A stretch of 64,000 bases of DNA from Octopus vulgaris. Taxonomy: Eukaryota. Within the stretch, counting starts at the first letter, position 1. Each line of letters opens with the position of its first letter. The stretch lies in contig OX597819.1 in the NCBI GenBank assembly GCA_951406725.2, positions 9,920,001-9,984,000 on the forward strand, given 5' to 3'. Positions 1 through 13,100 of the stretch are shown here, one piece after another. The notes beneath the pieces are model-generated. The model did not search any database and was not told where the DNA came from. It saw only the letters and a list, made by a program, of their open reading frames with translations. A program made the position numbers and the translations under genes.

Positions 1-368
1 CTGGAGCACCGCCTTCAATCGAGCAACTCGACCCCGGGACTTATTCTTTTGTAAGCCCAGTACTTATTCTATCGGTCTCTTTTGCCGAACCGCTAAGTAA
101 CGGGGACATAAACACACCAGCATCGGTTGTCAAGCAATGCTAGGGGAACAAACACAGACACACAAACACACACACGCATACATATATATATATATACATA
201 TATACGACGGGCTTCTTCCAGTTTCCGTCTACCAAATCCACTCACAAGGCTTTGGTTGGCCCGAGGCTATAGTAGAAGACACTTACCTAAGGTGCCACGC
301 AGTGGGACTGAACCCGGAACCATGTGATTGGTAAGCAAGCTACTTACCACACAGCCACTCCTGCGCCT
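1..368 (-). mobile_element. tRNA-derived SINE family A (CORE-like body, central (AT)n/(GT)n, GTAAAAGA-repeat tail)
   Basis: Near-identical to about 10 other copies in the window; head GGCGCAGGAGTGGCTGTGTGGT with B-box-like GGTTCAGTCC. Confidence 0.85.
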
Positions 369-587
369 TAGTGTTTATTGTTCCTGCACATCGGCCACAG
401 ACAAAGCCTGCTTTCTCAGTTAATCTCCCTATGTTCCAATAAGTTGCATTGAGCATACCATATGGAATTTCTACCTACACCTTTTCTACATGTTCCTACA
501 TATCAAGCAGAGCCATTTTCTTACTAACTAGAATGTTGGTCTTTACTAAGTTAGTTTTAAGGTCCTTTGATTCCAGGTTTTGCCTCC

Positions 588-1730
588 TCATCATCATCAT
601 CATTTAACGTCTGTTTTCCATGCTAGCATGGGTTGGACGGTTCTACCGGGGTCTGGTAAGCGATGGAGGTTGCACCAGCCTCCAGTCTGATTTGGCAGTG
701 TTTCTACAGCTGGATGCCCTTCCTAATGCCAACCACTCCATGAGTGTAGTGGGTGTTTTTTACGTGCCACCAGCACAGGAGCCAGCGCAAGCTGGCAAAC
801 GGCCATGATCGGTTGGTGCTTTTACGTATCACCGACACAGATGCCAGTAACTGCTAGGCATGGACTGCGAAGGCTGAAGTTTGCTGCAATAATATTTGCT
901 TCAAGAATTATCAGAGAACATCAATTACAACTAACACACAAAATATAAAAATACTAGGAAATGTTTTTTCCTAATTCTAATGCAAATTCTGCTACACAAA
1001 TGAGGTCATCAGCATAGAGTGGTTCCTAAGGGTGGCCAGTCTTAAATTCCTCTGTTGTAACCTAGAGAACTATGATAAATCGAAGGTAACTGGTAACTAA
1101 ACATTACTGAATGTCTATCTGTACACCAAATTCATTGCTGTACTTGTTGCTAGTTCTCACCTTGCTAACAACACTCCTGTACTTGACTTGTACGACTATC
1201 ACAAGCCATGTGTCTACCCCTGGCATCCTCAGCAACCACCAGATCACAAAGTGAGGAACCCTTCAAAGGCTTTCTCCAGGTTAGAGAATACCAAGTACAA
1301 TGACTTACTTTTAGCTAAATCTTATAAGGAAGAAGACACCAGTAGTACTTCTCCTTGGCACAAAACTGAACTGTATCCCATCTGTCCTAATTCTCTTCAT
1401 AATTAATTGGACTATAACTTTCTGCAATAATCTAGTTCAGTAATTTGACACTTCTGTAATTATCTGTCTAAAACATCTCCTTTGACCTTGTAACAGTCGA
1501 CTGCAATATTGCTTCACTGGCTGTAAAACTCAATTAACTAGATATATGGCCGACTGGGCTATAAACTACCCTGCTAGATATTAGAAGCATCTTGGCAATG
1601 ATTCATGATGGCCCAGGGGCATTCCTTGCCTTCATGTCTTTGATTGCTTTATCTTTCATACTGTTGTTGACTAGGATGGCTGGTTCTTCTGTTGGGTCCA
1701 TGTTAAGAAAACCCCTCTTCTATGCATTCT
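588..1730 (-). mobile_element. RTE 3' end (588-850) and decayed RTE RT fragment (about 990-1730)
   Basis: Similar to 17980-18640; same 3' UTR family. Confidence 0.65.
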
Positions 1731-2501
1731 CCATATTTAATAACTTTTTATTGGAGCACTTCAACGCATCTTTCTTTTCAACATCAGTAAGTGTACCATT
1801 ATGTACCTGCTCACACTTATCACTGACAACAAAAGAGACAGAAGATATTAGAAACTTCATATAAAATACTAGTTACTTAAAGATGTGTATTAACAGACCA
1901 TTCAGTTTGTTAGCTTTTTTTAACTTAACATGATCAGAGATTTATCCCAGGGTATATCATATGTATTCTAGTAATGGGTAAATCTGCACTTTATGTAAAC
2001 ATACACACAACAAACCACATACAGCAGTCGAACAACACACAAATAAAGAAGGAAATGTATAAACACTAAGATGACTCATAAGGCCAACACAAAATAATGA
2101 ATTGTTGTCAGGCAAAGACTGGTATAGATGACTTGAATAGATTTGTTTGTAAACACCTGTATTCATGACCAACCTGCTGTGTTTTTTCACTCTGTATATC
2201 TAGGCCTTCAAATGTCTTTGTTTAATATTGTGCAATGTAATTTGAGTGAGATTTGGTGTTTATTTGAAACAAAGCTCCCGTAAATACCTGCAGATATGAG
2301 AAATTGAGGGATCAACACAGTTTATCTCCTCCCTTAAAAAAATATTAGTCAAAAGAAATCAGTAAAATTCTTCTTTTTTTTTTTCCTATTTACTTGGTTT
2401 ATTAACTTCATGTTTGGAAAAAGATTCTTGCATATAAGTATGTTTGGATTTTGACCAAATGAAACCTTGCATTAATCTTCATGTAAAAATGAGATTTCAG
2501 T

Positions 2502-2729
2502 TTAACCCTTTAGCATTCAGATTATTCTGTCAAATGTAAAGCTTATGAATTCACACCATGTAAAATTAATCCTGCATCATTTCATGGCTTTGAGATTTCA
2601 ATGATGTGATTGTTTATTTTTAAAATGACACAATAAGGTAGCTATGAATGACCATATCTGACTAGTTTGAACATAAAATAGGTAAAATATTTTGGCTGGG
2701 TATGGCCAGTTTAAACACTAAAGGGTTAA
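2502..2729. mobile_element. piggyBac-type MITE family 1 (TTAA-CCCTTTAG...CTAAAGGG-TTAA)
   Basis: TIRs plus TTAA on both sides; other copies at 18829-19057, 31273-31501, 42164-42390. Confidence 0.8.
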
Positions 2730-2924
2730 ATATAGAATTTTTTTTTTTGGTAATTTTGGGACCAGTGTTTCAGGTTTCTGGTATTGAACCCATTAAATAA
2801 ACACACACATACACACACTCTTATACCTTCTTTGTGTTATTGCTGAGATGAAAAGTAAGGTATAGGGTTGATTTCTTCCTTTAACCTCAGAGTCAAGCTT
2901 TAGAGAGTTAGGTGTGCAGAGACT

Positions 2925-3610
2925 TAAAAATTAGGTTGTTTGGAAAATAATGGCCACTTTTATAAATAAGTTTATATTTTGGAAAAACTGAATTTATACA
3001 AAGATTTTAATTATTCAAAATATGATCCCTGAATCGCTATGCATTTCTCCCATCGATTAACAAGGTCATTTATGTCTTTTCAATAAAAATCCAGGGGTTT
3101 TGATGCCAAGAAATCCTTGAATTCAGTTTCAACCTCGGTTTTGGAACAAGGTTTTTTGCCTTAAAAATGTGTCTAGATGCTTGTAAGAGTGGTAGTCAGT
3201 GGGAGGGTGTGGTAAAGTCTCATATTCCAAGTCTGTGAGTTTCTGCAGTGTCACCCTGGAAATGTGCGGTCAAGCGTTGTTGTGGAGCAGAATTGGACCT
3301 CATTGATTAACAAGTGCAGGTCTCATTTTACTCAAACGAACATGCATTTCTTCCAGTTTCTTACAGATACCAAGTATATGAAACATTTCTCTGACACTTT
3401 GTCATGGGTTTTGTTGACTTGTTTTCAAATGCTAATCATCAAGGGTAGATGGACATCCTCTACATCCTTGATCTTCAAGGCTCTCATCTCCACCATGGAA
3501 TCTCTCAAACCTCCAGTGTACTGTCTGATCACAAGTGGACCCTTCACCCCATGCTCTTGATATTGGTGACTGTTTGGGAAGCATTATGTCCAAGCTTGAA
3601 TTAATGCAAA
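2925..3610 (-). mobile_element. Decayed mariner-like transposase remnant
   Basis: Minus strand ends in RWEKCI...GSYFE*, a typical mariner C-terminus; many disruptions. Confidence 0.6.
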
Positions 3611-4570
3611 AAAAAGTAAATACATTTCTTCTTTTTTCATGTTTGAAATTAAGGATTTCTGCGCCTCAATATTCTAAAAGAAATCAATAAAAATTTATTA
3701 AAGTGTACGCATCAAGCATGTAAAATTTTGACTAAAATACTACAAAAATAACATCTTAAATCAAATTTGAAAAAAATGTTTTGATGTTTATTGATGAAGC
3801 CATGTAGGAATCAATATTCATCAATGAATTTTGACAAAGATCGTGAAGGCACATGACCTAGTGGTTAGGGTGTTGTATTCATGGTTGCCAGGTTATGGGT
3901 TTAATTCCCAGACTAGGCAGTATGTTGTTTTCTTGAGCAAGACTCTTCATTTCACATTACTCTAGTTCTGTGTGGGGACTAGCGTGTCTAAGAATGTTTC
4001 CTCTGCATTTCTTAAAAGGCAGCTAAAATATGTTGAGGTAGGATTTGCACTCTGACCTCTTAGAACCCTCACCAGCAATGACTACTCAAATAGGTCTATG
4101 GATTGGTGGTTCAAATTCCGCCGAGGTCGACTTTGCCTTTCATCCTTTCGGGGTCGATTAAATAAGTACCAGTTACTCACTGGGGTCGGTGTAATCGACT
4201 TAATACCTATGTCTGTCCTTGTTTGACCCCTCTATGTTTAGCCCCTTGTGGGTAATAAGGAAATAGGATTGGTGGTTTGTCGCCTGAGTGGTGCAAAGGT
4301 GTCATCCACTAGGTACAATGAGAAAATTTAATATTTAGGGAATTTAAGGCAGCAAGCTGGCAGAATCATTAGTATGCTGGGTGAAATGCTTAGCAGGATT
4401 TCTTCTGGCTTTTCATTCTGTGTTTAAATTCCACCAGAACCAATTTAACCCTGGCCTTGTGCCAAAATTTGAAACCAATATTTAGGGAATTTATTTAATG
4501 CGTATAAATTCAAATGTTCACTAATGAGTTTCTTTTGTGTCCTGGGATTTGGGATTTGTTGATAAACAGT

Positions 4571-4788
4571 TACTCTTTTTACTCTTTTACTTGTTTCAGT
4601 CATTTGACTGCGGCCATGCTGGAACACCGCCTTTAGTCGAGCAAATCGACCCCGGGACTTATTCTTTGTAAGCCCAGTACTTATTCTATCGGTCTCTTTT
4701 GCCAAACCGCTAAGTGACGGGGACATAAACACACCAGCATTGGTTGTCAAGCAATGCTCGGGGGACAAACACAGACACACAAACATAT

Positions 4789-4825
<37 letters not shown>

Positions 4826-4985
4826 CGACAGGCTTCTTTCAGTTTCCGTCAACCAAATCCACTCACAAGGCATTGGTTGGCCCGGGGCTATGGCAGAAGA
4901 CACTTGCCCAAGATGCCACGCAGTGGGACTGAACCCGGAACCATGTGGTTGGTTAGCAAGCTACTTACCACACAGCCACTCCTGC
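4571..4985 (-). mobile_element. SINE family A
   Basis: Full-length copy. Confidence 0.85.
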
Positions 4986-5202
4986 ATTATTCATTTTCTA
5001 AAAATTTATCCTGTTTGTCCTAAGTAATCTTCATTAGATTTCAAAACATAAATTTCCTGATGTACAAGTTATTCCTTATGGTAAAAATTCCTAACACTAT
5101 TAATCACCATAATTCTGTTGAAATATTCTACCTTTACTTCATTTTATGTTGAAAGCAATGAAGAATTTACTAAAATTACTTTATCATTATAAAACTGGTT
5201 GA

Positions 5203-5585
5203 TGGAAGCACTCCGTCGGTTACGACGACGAGGGTTCTGGTTGATCCGAATCAACGGAACAGCCTGCTCGTGAAATTAACGTGTAAGTGGCTGAGCACTC
5301 CACAGACACATGCACCCTTAACGTAGTTCTCGGGGATATTCAGCGTGACACAGAGAGTGACAAGGCCAGCCCCTTGAAATACAGGTACAACAGAAACAGG
5401 AAGTAAGAGTGAGAGAAAGTTGTGGTGAAAGAGTACAGCAGGGATCACCACCATCCCCTGCCAGAGCCTCGTGGAGCTTTAGGTGTTTTCGCTCAATAAA
5501 CACTCACAACGCCCGGTCTGGGAATCGAAACCGCGATCCAACGACCGCGAGTCCGCTGCCCTAACCACTGGGCCATTGCGCCTCC
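5203..5585 (-). mobile_element. tRNA-derived SINE family C (about 385 bp), inside a TTAA MITE remnant
   Basis: Head GGAGGCGCAATGGCCCAGTGGTTAGGGCAGCGGACTCGCGGTC...GGTTTCGATTCCC with A/B boxes; four near-identical copies. Confidence 0.85.
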
Positions 5586-7646
5586 ACCATTATAAAGCTA
5601 GTGTTTGAAACATGAATTAACATAACTTTTGATAGGTCTTAATTTAAATCATTTTAAAACAGGAATTTTATGTCATAGAATCAGGGATGCTCTCAGCTGG
5701 GTTGATATCAAAAGGGTTGATATTAATATAGATACTGCAATTATGGCATCCACATTTCTTGACTGTTAGAACTGTATTTTCAGTTGGTAATTTGGTACAA
5801 GTTAGTGAAATCTTTAAGAATTTTGATTGTGTTTTAATAATTTTTATTATATTCCAAGTGTCTTTTTCGTCCTCCGGTCTTTACTCATCATCATCATCAT
5901 CGTCGTTTAACGTTCGTTTTCCGTGCTAGCACGGGTTGGACAGTTCGACCGGGGTCTGGGAAGCCAGGGGCTGCACCAGGCTCCAGTCTGATCTGGCAGT
6001 GTTTCTACAGCTGGATGCCCTTCCTAACGCCAACCACTCCGCGAGTGTAGTGGATGCTTTTTACGTGCCACCTGCACAGGTGCCAGGGGAGTCTGGCATC
6101 GGCCACGATCGGTTGGTGCAGTGTAAATAAACAAAAATTAAGAACTGATGACTGACATATCTTCAGTCCTTTGCAATTGCTGAATATCTGTCACTTTGGC
6201 ACACTCTGTTTCAGTATTAACTAATGTTGTCTTTCCAAATATTTTCTTAAACTTTTTAATTTGACCGAGACCTTTGGAAGTATGCTGTGTGCGAGAAGAC
6301 CCGGCAGAACAAGTGAGGCCATAACCCATGGCCCCTACCTGGGACGTAGTCAGTCCACCTGTGCATATCTTCCTTCTTGGGACACATAACTCCACTTGTG
6401 AAGACCTGTTGAGGCAAGTGAAAATCAAAAATCAAAGAATCAAATCAAAATGATGAACATCAATGGAATTTGTAGTTTTGTGGTACCAGTGCCGGTGGCA
6501 CATAAGAAAACCATCCAAACGTGGCCGTAGCCAGTGCCGCATCGACTGCCAATATTAGAAATCAGTTTCTTGGCTAGGCACTGAAAATAATTTTGTCTCC
6601 TACTCTTCCGTGTTCCTTTTTATTTTTCTTGATATTCCTCATTATCAATGTTCCCATTTTATTGTAACAGTCCTACAAGATGTTATGTCTTTTTTGTGGA
6701 AAGATCTCTCTTCCATTCTTGAACTTCAATAAATCGAGAAATAGGCAAAAGAAAAAAAAAACCTTAATATTTATTTATTTATTGCTCACAAGGGGCTAAA
6801 CTTTGAGGGGACAAACAAAGACAGACAAAGGGATTAAGTCAATTACATCGACCCCAGTGCATAACTGGTACTTATTTAATTGACCCCCAAAAGGGTGAAA
6901 GCAAAGTTGACCTTGGTGAAATTTGAGCTCAGAACGTAATGGCAGATGAAATACCACTAAGCATTTCACCCAGTGTGCTAACGATTCTGCCAGCTCGCTG
7001 CCCTTAAAAACCCCAATATCGAAATAGTCTAGGAGACAATCTGGCAGAGACATTAGCACACCTGGCAAACTACTTAATAATATTTTGTCTATCCTTACAT
7101 TCTGAGTTTAAATTTCGCTGAGATTGACTTTGCCTTTCATCTTTCGGGGTCTATAAAAACAGTATCAGCTGAGCACCGGGGTCAACGTAATCAACTTGAC
7201 CCCTTCTCTGAACTTGCTGGCATTGTACCAAAATTTGAAATTATTGTTAAGACACTCATACGTTAGTTTTTTCTTAGTCGCATTTCTAACAAGAATATAT
7301 CATTACACTGATTTTGAAAATAATAAATTTAGAAAGGTCTGACAAAAAATAAAAGATGATGTTTCTCACCATTTCGCCAGTGGTTGGTCTATTTATCAAT
7401 CATTGCTGCTGGGTATTGAACTGCAAAAATTGAATTTTACACTGTTAATCTCATCTTTTCTATTTTGTAGTACATTATTTCAGCTGTTTAAGTATTGTTA
7501 ACGTATATAATTTATGAAGATACTTAAAAACAGAATATGATGGCTAATAGTATTATTATTATTATTTAAGGTGGTGATCTGGCAGAATTGTTAGAGCATC
7601 AGAAATATATCTTATTTGTTCTGACATTCTAAATGGTCTCTCTTCC

Positions 7647-7875
7647 AGCGAGCTGGCAGAAACGTTAGCACGCCGGGCGAAATGCTTTGCGGTATTTCGC
7701 CTGCCGTTACGTTCTGAGTTCAAATTCCGCCGAGGTCAACTTTGCCTTTCATCCTTTCGGGGTCGATAAATTAAAGTACCAGTTATGCACTGGGGTCGAT
7801 GTAATCGACTTAATACCTATGTCTGTCATTGTTTGTCCCCTCTATGTTTAGCCCCTTGTGGGTAATAAAGAAATA
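7647..7875 (+). mobile_element. SINE family B (about 230 bp, Meta-domain-like GCCTTTCATCCTTTCGGGGTCGATAAA..AGTACCAG)
   Basis: Other copies at about 4108-4266(+), 6780-7003(-), 26463-26695(+), 36639-36851(-), 37932-38163(+), 42902-43116(-), 54181-54381(-), plus older diverged ones. Confidence 0.8.
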
Positions 7876-8859
7876 GGTCTCTCTTCCAGTTCTTTATGTT
7901 CTGAGTTCAGATCCCCTGAGATCAATTTTGCCTTCCATAAAATAAAATACCAGTCAAGTACTAGGGTTGATGGTATCATCTAATTTCCTCCCCTCAAACT
8001 TACTGGCCTTGTACCTAAATCAGAAATAATCATTTAATATTCAACAAGTATGGGAGAATGCTGCAGGCATGCTTTGAACTTATCCCTCCATCAGTGAAAC
8101 ATAGCCTTCAACATTCTTGCCTTAATAGTGATGCTCTATATTGTTTTTCATAGAGAGGTATCTCTGAATTATTTATTCTCTTAAGGCTATTTCCTGCTCA
8201 ACTAATAATAATAATAAAAGCACCATCCGATCGTGGCTGTTTGCCAGCCTCGTCTGGCACGTAAAAAGCACCCACTACACTCATGGAGTGGTTGGCGTTA
8301 GGAAGGGCATCCAGCTGTAGAAACTTTGCCAGATCAGACTGGGCCTGGTGCAGCCTTCTGGCTTCCCAGATCCAGTTGAACCGTCCAACCCATGCCAGCA
8401 TGGAAAGCGGACGCTAAACGATGATGATGATGATCTCTAGTCATCTTGACTTTGTTCTGCCACTGGAATCAGGAAGGGACAAAAGAGTGAGGCAGAACAT
8501 GATGGTCAACCTTCCTTACTTAAATCCATGTCACATACAAGTCAAAAAGACATCACACCATCCCAGGCTCAACTAATATACAAGATTGTATACAGTAATT
8601 CTCTCATTACTGCTGCAGCAGTAAGTTGGTGACTACATTACACTGGTGGTGTTAAAATGAAACCAAAACTTGTTTAGAATTGTTTCCCATAATTGCTATA
8701 AAAAATAAAAACAATATTGGTCATTAACTACTATTGTTTCCATAAACGTACAAATATTTCCAGTCAATATATTTAATACACAAAGTCTTAAAAAAAATAA
8801 TAATAAAGAAACTGTACTGTATCATAGATATAGCATGCCCAGCTGACAACAAGGTATGC

Positions 8860-9190
8860 AATAAGGAAGAAAGAAAAGTCGATAGATATGTCAGGTTAGC
8901 TTGGGGGGTTTAAGCAGTTGTGGTTGATGAAAAAAGGTGGTAGTAGTATCAATAATTGTCAGAGCCCTGGGAACTGATTAAAAATCTCAAGAAGTACATG
9001 GAACAAATAGGGGCTGCAATAAGGGTGGAGCACTTGCAGAAAACAGCACTGCTTAGAACTGCTTGAATATTCTGGAAGGTGCTCGAAAAATAAGAGGTAT
9101 TACCTTAGTTCACTGGTAGTGAACAGCTGACACCATAGCAGATCTCCAGCATTAGAAGCTGTGCAAAGACAATGATAATAATAATAATAC
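8860..9190 (+). mobile_element. 3' end of a LINE, possibly with restriction-like endonuclease (R4/NeSL-like)
   Basis: Degenerate ALGT..LQKTALLRTA..KVL reading, followed by (ATA)n tail. Confidence 0.45.
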
Positions 9191-9368
9191 AAATTTAATT
9201 TTACTGTTTTTCATGCTGCTGTCACCCATGAGTAATGTTTCTAAAAAATGATGTGATCTTTTCTGTCATAAGGTGATAAAGTTACCATGTTTGTGTACAT
9301 GTCCACTAACTGGACTTGAACTCACACACTTCTTACACAGTACTCCCTTATTCTCTAAGTCATGATCT

Positions 9369-9597
9369 TTAACCCTTTCGTTACCAACCCGGCAAAAACT
9401 GGCTCTGGCTCTGTAGTACAAATGTCTTGTTTTCATTAGTTTTTCATTAAAATCTTCCCCCAAACCTTAGTCACAATTTATGTTCCTAACGCTAGCTTAA
9501 TGATAACTAAGTTATTTTACTAAATTCATTGTTATATTTAAAATAATTGAAAGAAATTTTGAGCATCTCAAAATAAATACAGTAACAAAAGGGTTAA
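9369..9597. mobile_element. piggyBac-type MITE family 2 (TTAA-CCCTTTYGTTAC...GTAACRAAAGGG-TTAA)
   Basis: TIRs plus TTAA; other copies at 12217-12571 (with internal duplications) and 43667-43886. Confidence 0.8.
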
Positions 9598-10086
9598 AGA
9601 TAATGTATCTCAATTTGACAGTTACTTTGTTTTAGCACTGATCAGTTTTGATTGAACAGACCTATGATGAAAGATGTTCCAGTCCTGACCAGTTCATTTT
9701 GTTGCGGTCATATATCTAGGAGTATTTTATCCTATGTTCTTCCTTTTTTAAGATGTTAGGGGGTGGACTGAGGGAGATTTGGTTGATAATTCTAACAGAT
9801 CTATCAAGTCTCCTTCATTGACTGATTGTTTTTTAATAGCTGCTGAATTGAACTGATCAGGTTATTAGCTTTATATATTTATTTTTTGTATTTTCCATAC
9901 TCTAAAATTGTTTACAATTGAAAGTTTATCCTATAATGATATACGACTCTCATGGTCACACCATATTTTGTCATTCATTACAATTTGTCATTTATTAATG
10001 TTGCTAAATTCTTACAAGCCAAAAACTTTCACTAATTTTATGAACATGTTTTTTTCTCTATGGACAGTTTCTCATCATCTAAAACC

Positions 10087-10176
10087 ATGAGGACCTACAA
10101 TGAAGAACTCAAATATCTGGAGAAGGTTACTCCTCGCAGCTGGAGAATCAAGAAAGGTTTTGTTTCCAATATGAAT
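10087..10176 (+). CDS. RTCB: RtcB coding exon 1 ([30 protein letters not shown])
   Basis: ACCATG start, donor gtaagt at 10177. A likely acceptor ending at 10067 implies an unlocated upstream non-coding exon. Confidence 0.93.
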
Positions 10177-13100
10177 GTAAGTGCATAAAAGTTGGCTTTC
10201 AAATATTATTTAAATTTTAACAAAGAAAACTAAAATAGCTGAGATACTCAAGTACAAGTACTGGAATGTTTACAACAAAGTCATAAGTTCAAACTCTGCT
10301 TTAACCTTTTAGTATTTCAACTGGCCACATGTGCCGCCCCTCACACCTACCCTACAATGTCATTTCAAAAATAAACAATCATAGGCGCAGGAGTGGCTGT
10401 ATGGTAAGTAGCTTGTTTACCAACCACATGGTTCCGGGTTCAGTTCCACTGCGTGGCATCTTGGGCAACTGTCTTCTACTATAGCCTTGGGCCGACCAAA
10501 GCCTTGTGAGTGGATTTGGTAGACGGAAACTGAAAGAAGCCCGTCGTATATATGTATGTATATGCGTGTGTGTGTTTGTCCCCCTAGCATTGCTTGACAA
10601 CCGATGCTGGTGTGTTTATGTCCCCGTTACTTAGCGGTTCGGCAAAAGAGACCGATAGAATAAGTACTAGGCTTACAAAAGAATAAGTTCCGGGAGTCGA
10701 GTTGCTCGATTAAAGGTGGTGCTCCAGCATGGCCACAGTCAAATGACTGAAACGAGTAAAAGAATCACATCATTGAAATCTTGAAACTGCAAGATTAATG
10801 CCTGATTAATGTAAATAAATACACATTATATTTGATGATAATCTGAATGCTAAAAGATTAAGGGCAAAATATGTTTGTCTTATTTTGCCTTTAAAATAGA
10901 TTTCACTTCAACTCCATAGGCAGAATAACAACCAACCAGAATAAGAATCATCATCATCATCATTTAGCGTCCGCTTTCCATGCTAGCATGGGTTCGTTCA
11001 ACTGGAGTCTGTGAAGCCAGAAGGCTGCATCAGGCCCAGTCTGATCTGGCAGTGTTTCTACAGCTGGATGCCCTTCCTAACGCCAATGTTCTCATAAATA
11101 GTTTAATGTGTGATGGCTTTGAAATATTTTTATGCATCTTTTTTATTTTTCTAAACAATGGGAAGCATTTGCTATGTAACCCCAATCAGCTCTGAGCAGA
11201 TTTATGGCCTAGATGTAGATGTCTTCTTTCAAATATGCCGTCATCTACTTAAAAACCATTCTGCATATTCCTACACTGAGTGGTTAATCATCTGAGGTGC
11301 AATGTGTCAGACTGGGTGAATACATTCTCTATAGTTTAATCTATTTTTGCATCTTTGTATTCTTCTGGTGAACCCTGTGGACCCATAACATACTGCAATG
11401 CTGGATTGGGTTTTGTGAGGCTTCATTATGCTTCATGGATGTTGGACATCATCAAATCCACAATTTATTAAAATTTTTCACTCTGTTCCTATTAAGTTTG
11501 ATTTTTAAGTGAGACCATAACCTGTGGCCTTCTACATGGGATGTAGCCAGCCCACTTATGCATACCTTCCCTTCTTGGGACACAAAGCTCTACTTGTGAA
11601 GACCTGTTGAGGCAAGTGAAAATCAGAATCGAAATCAATCAATGGAAATTGCAGCTGAGCTACCAGTGCCGGTGGCACGTAAGAGAACCATCCGAACGTG
11701 GCCGTTGCCAGCGCCGCCCCGACTGGCCTCATGCCGGTGGCACATAAAAAGCCCCATCCGATCGTGGCCGTTTGCCAGACTCGCCTGGCCCCCGTGCCGG
11801 CGGCACGTAAAAAGCACCCACTACACTCATGGAGTGGTTGGCGTTAGGAAGGGCATCCAGCCGTAGAAACATTGCCAGATCAAACTGAGCCTGGTGCAGC
11901 CTTCTGGCTTCCCGGACCCCAGTTGAACCGTAAGCAGACGCTAAACGATGATGATGATATCCTAAATGATGTCAAGTGGGCTTTGTTCATTGTAACTGTA
12001 AAAGTAGATGTGTAATGAAATGATTCTGTTGTGGAGTACCAAACTAACTCTTAACAACCAATGATGTCCATGGCAATTTTCACTGATCTACAAAAAATTC
12101 ATCTGTCACATATTAGAATGCAATTAAACGTTATGATTTGTCAGTGTGTGTTCCTACATTTACCTATGTTGTTTTCCATTAGGTTGCATTATTTTATATT
12201 TAATTGAATTTCTTGTTTAACCCTTTTGTTACCAACCCGGCTGAAACCGGCTCTGGCTCTGAGTACAAATGTCTTCCTTTCATAAATTTTGAATTAAAAT
12301 CTCCCACCAAACCTTAGTCACAATTTATGTTCCTAACACCAGTTGAATGATGACTAAGTTATTTTACTAAACTCTTTGTTATATTTAAAGTAATTGAAAG
12401 AAATACAGAGCATCTCAACAGAAATATGATAACAAAAATATATAATAGAGAAACAATTCTTAACCCTTTCGATATATAATAGAGAAACAATTCTTAACCC
12501 TTTCGATATATTTAAAGTAATTGAAAGAAATACAGAGCATCTCAAAATAAATACAGTAACGAAAGGGTTAAGTTCATATATTTTATGCTCAAATGGCCCC
12601 CAAAATACTCAAGAAAAGTAGTTGAGAGGCCCTGGCTTGGGTCAAATTTTCTCAGGAGAATGACTTACATTTATCATTTACATATTTTATTTTTTCGTTT
12701 TTTAGAAATACCAATTGATAGAAGCATTATTATCTATATATTATTTTTTTTAGTGAATCATTGGATTTCTGTAATATTCTACTTGCAGGTGGAGGGATTA
12801 TTTTATGTAAATGATCACTTGGAGAAACTGATGTTTGATGAATTAAAACAGTCTTGTAACAACCGTGGATTTGGAGGCTTTTTACCTGCTATGAAACAGA
12901 TTGGCAATGTTGCTGCACTTCCTGGTATTGTACAGGTAAAAAGTAAAAGTCTTTTGATTTCACTGGGAATGGTGGAGCAGTGGACTTTATACTATTTAGT
13001 TGTTGGAATAGGATCTGTTTGCATACAGAGAATTGATGCCATTGAATTTGCTAAACTCCTGAAAATATTTGGATTTGTGCCAGAACGTGGCCGTTGCCAA

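Noticed and set aside
127-5027. Recurrent short ORFs ([10 protein letters not shown].., MLAWVGR.., MTTDAGVFT..) as a gene family
   Set aside because: Translations of SINE and RTE UTR copies in all frames; frames shift with microsatellite length.
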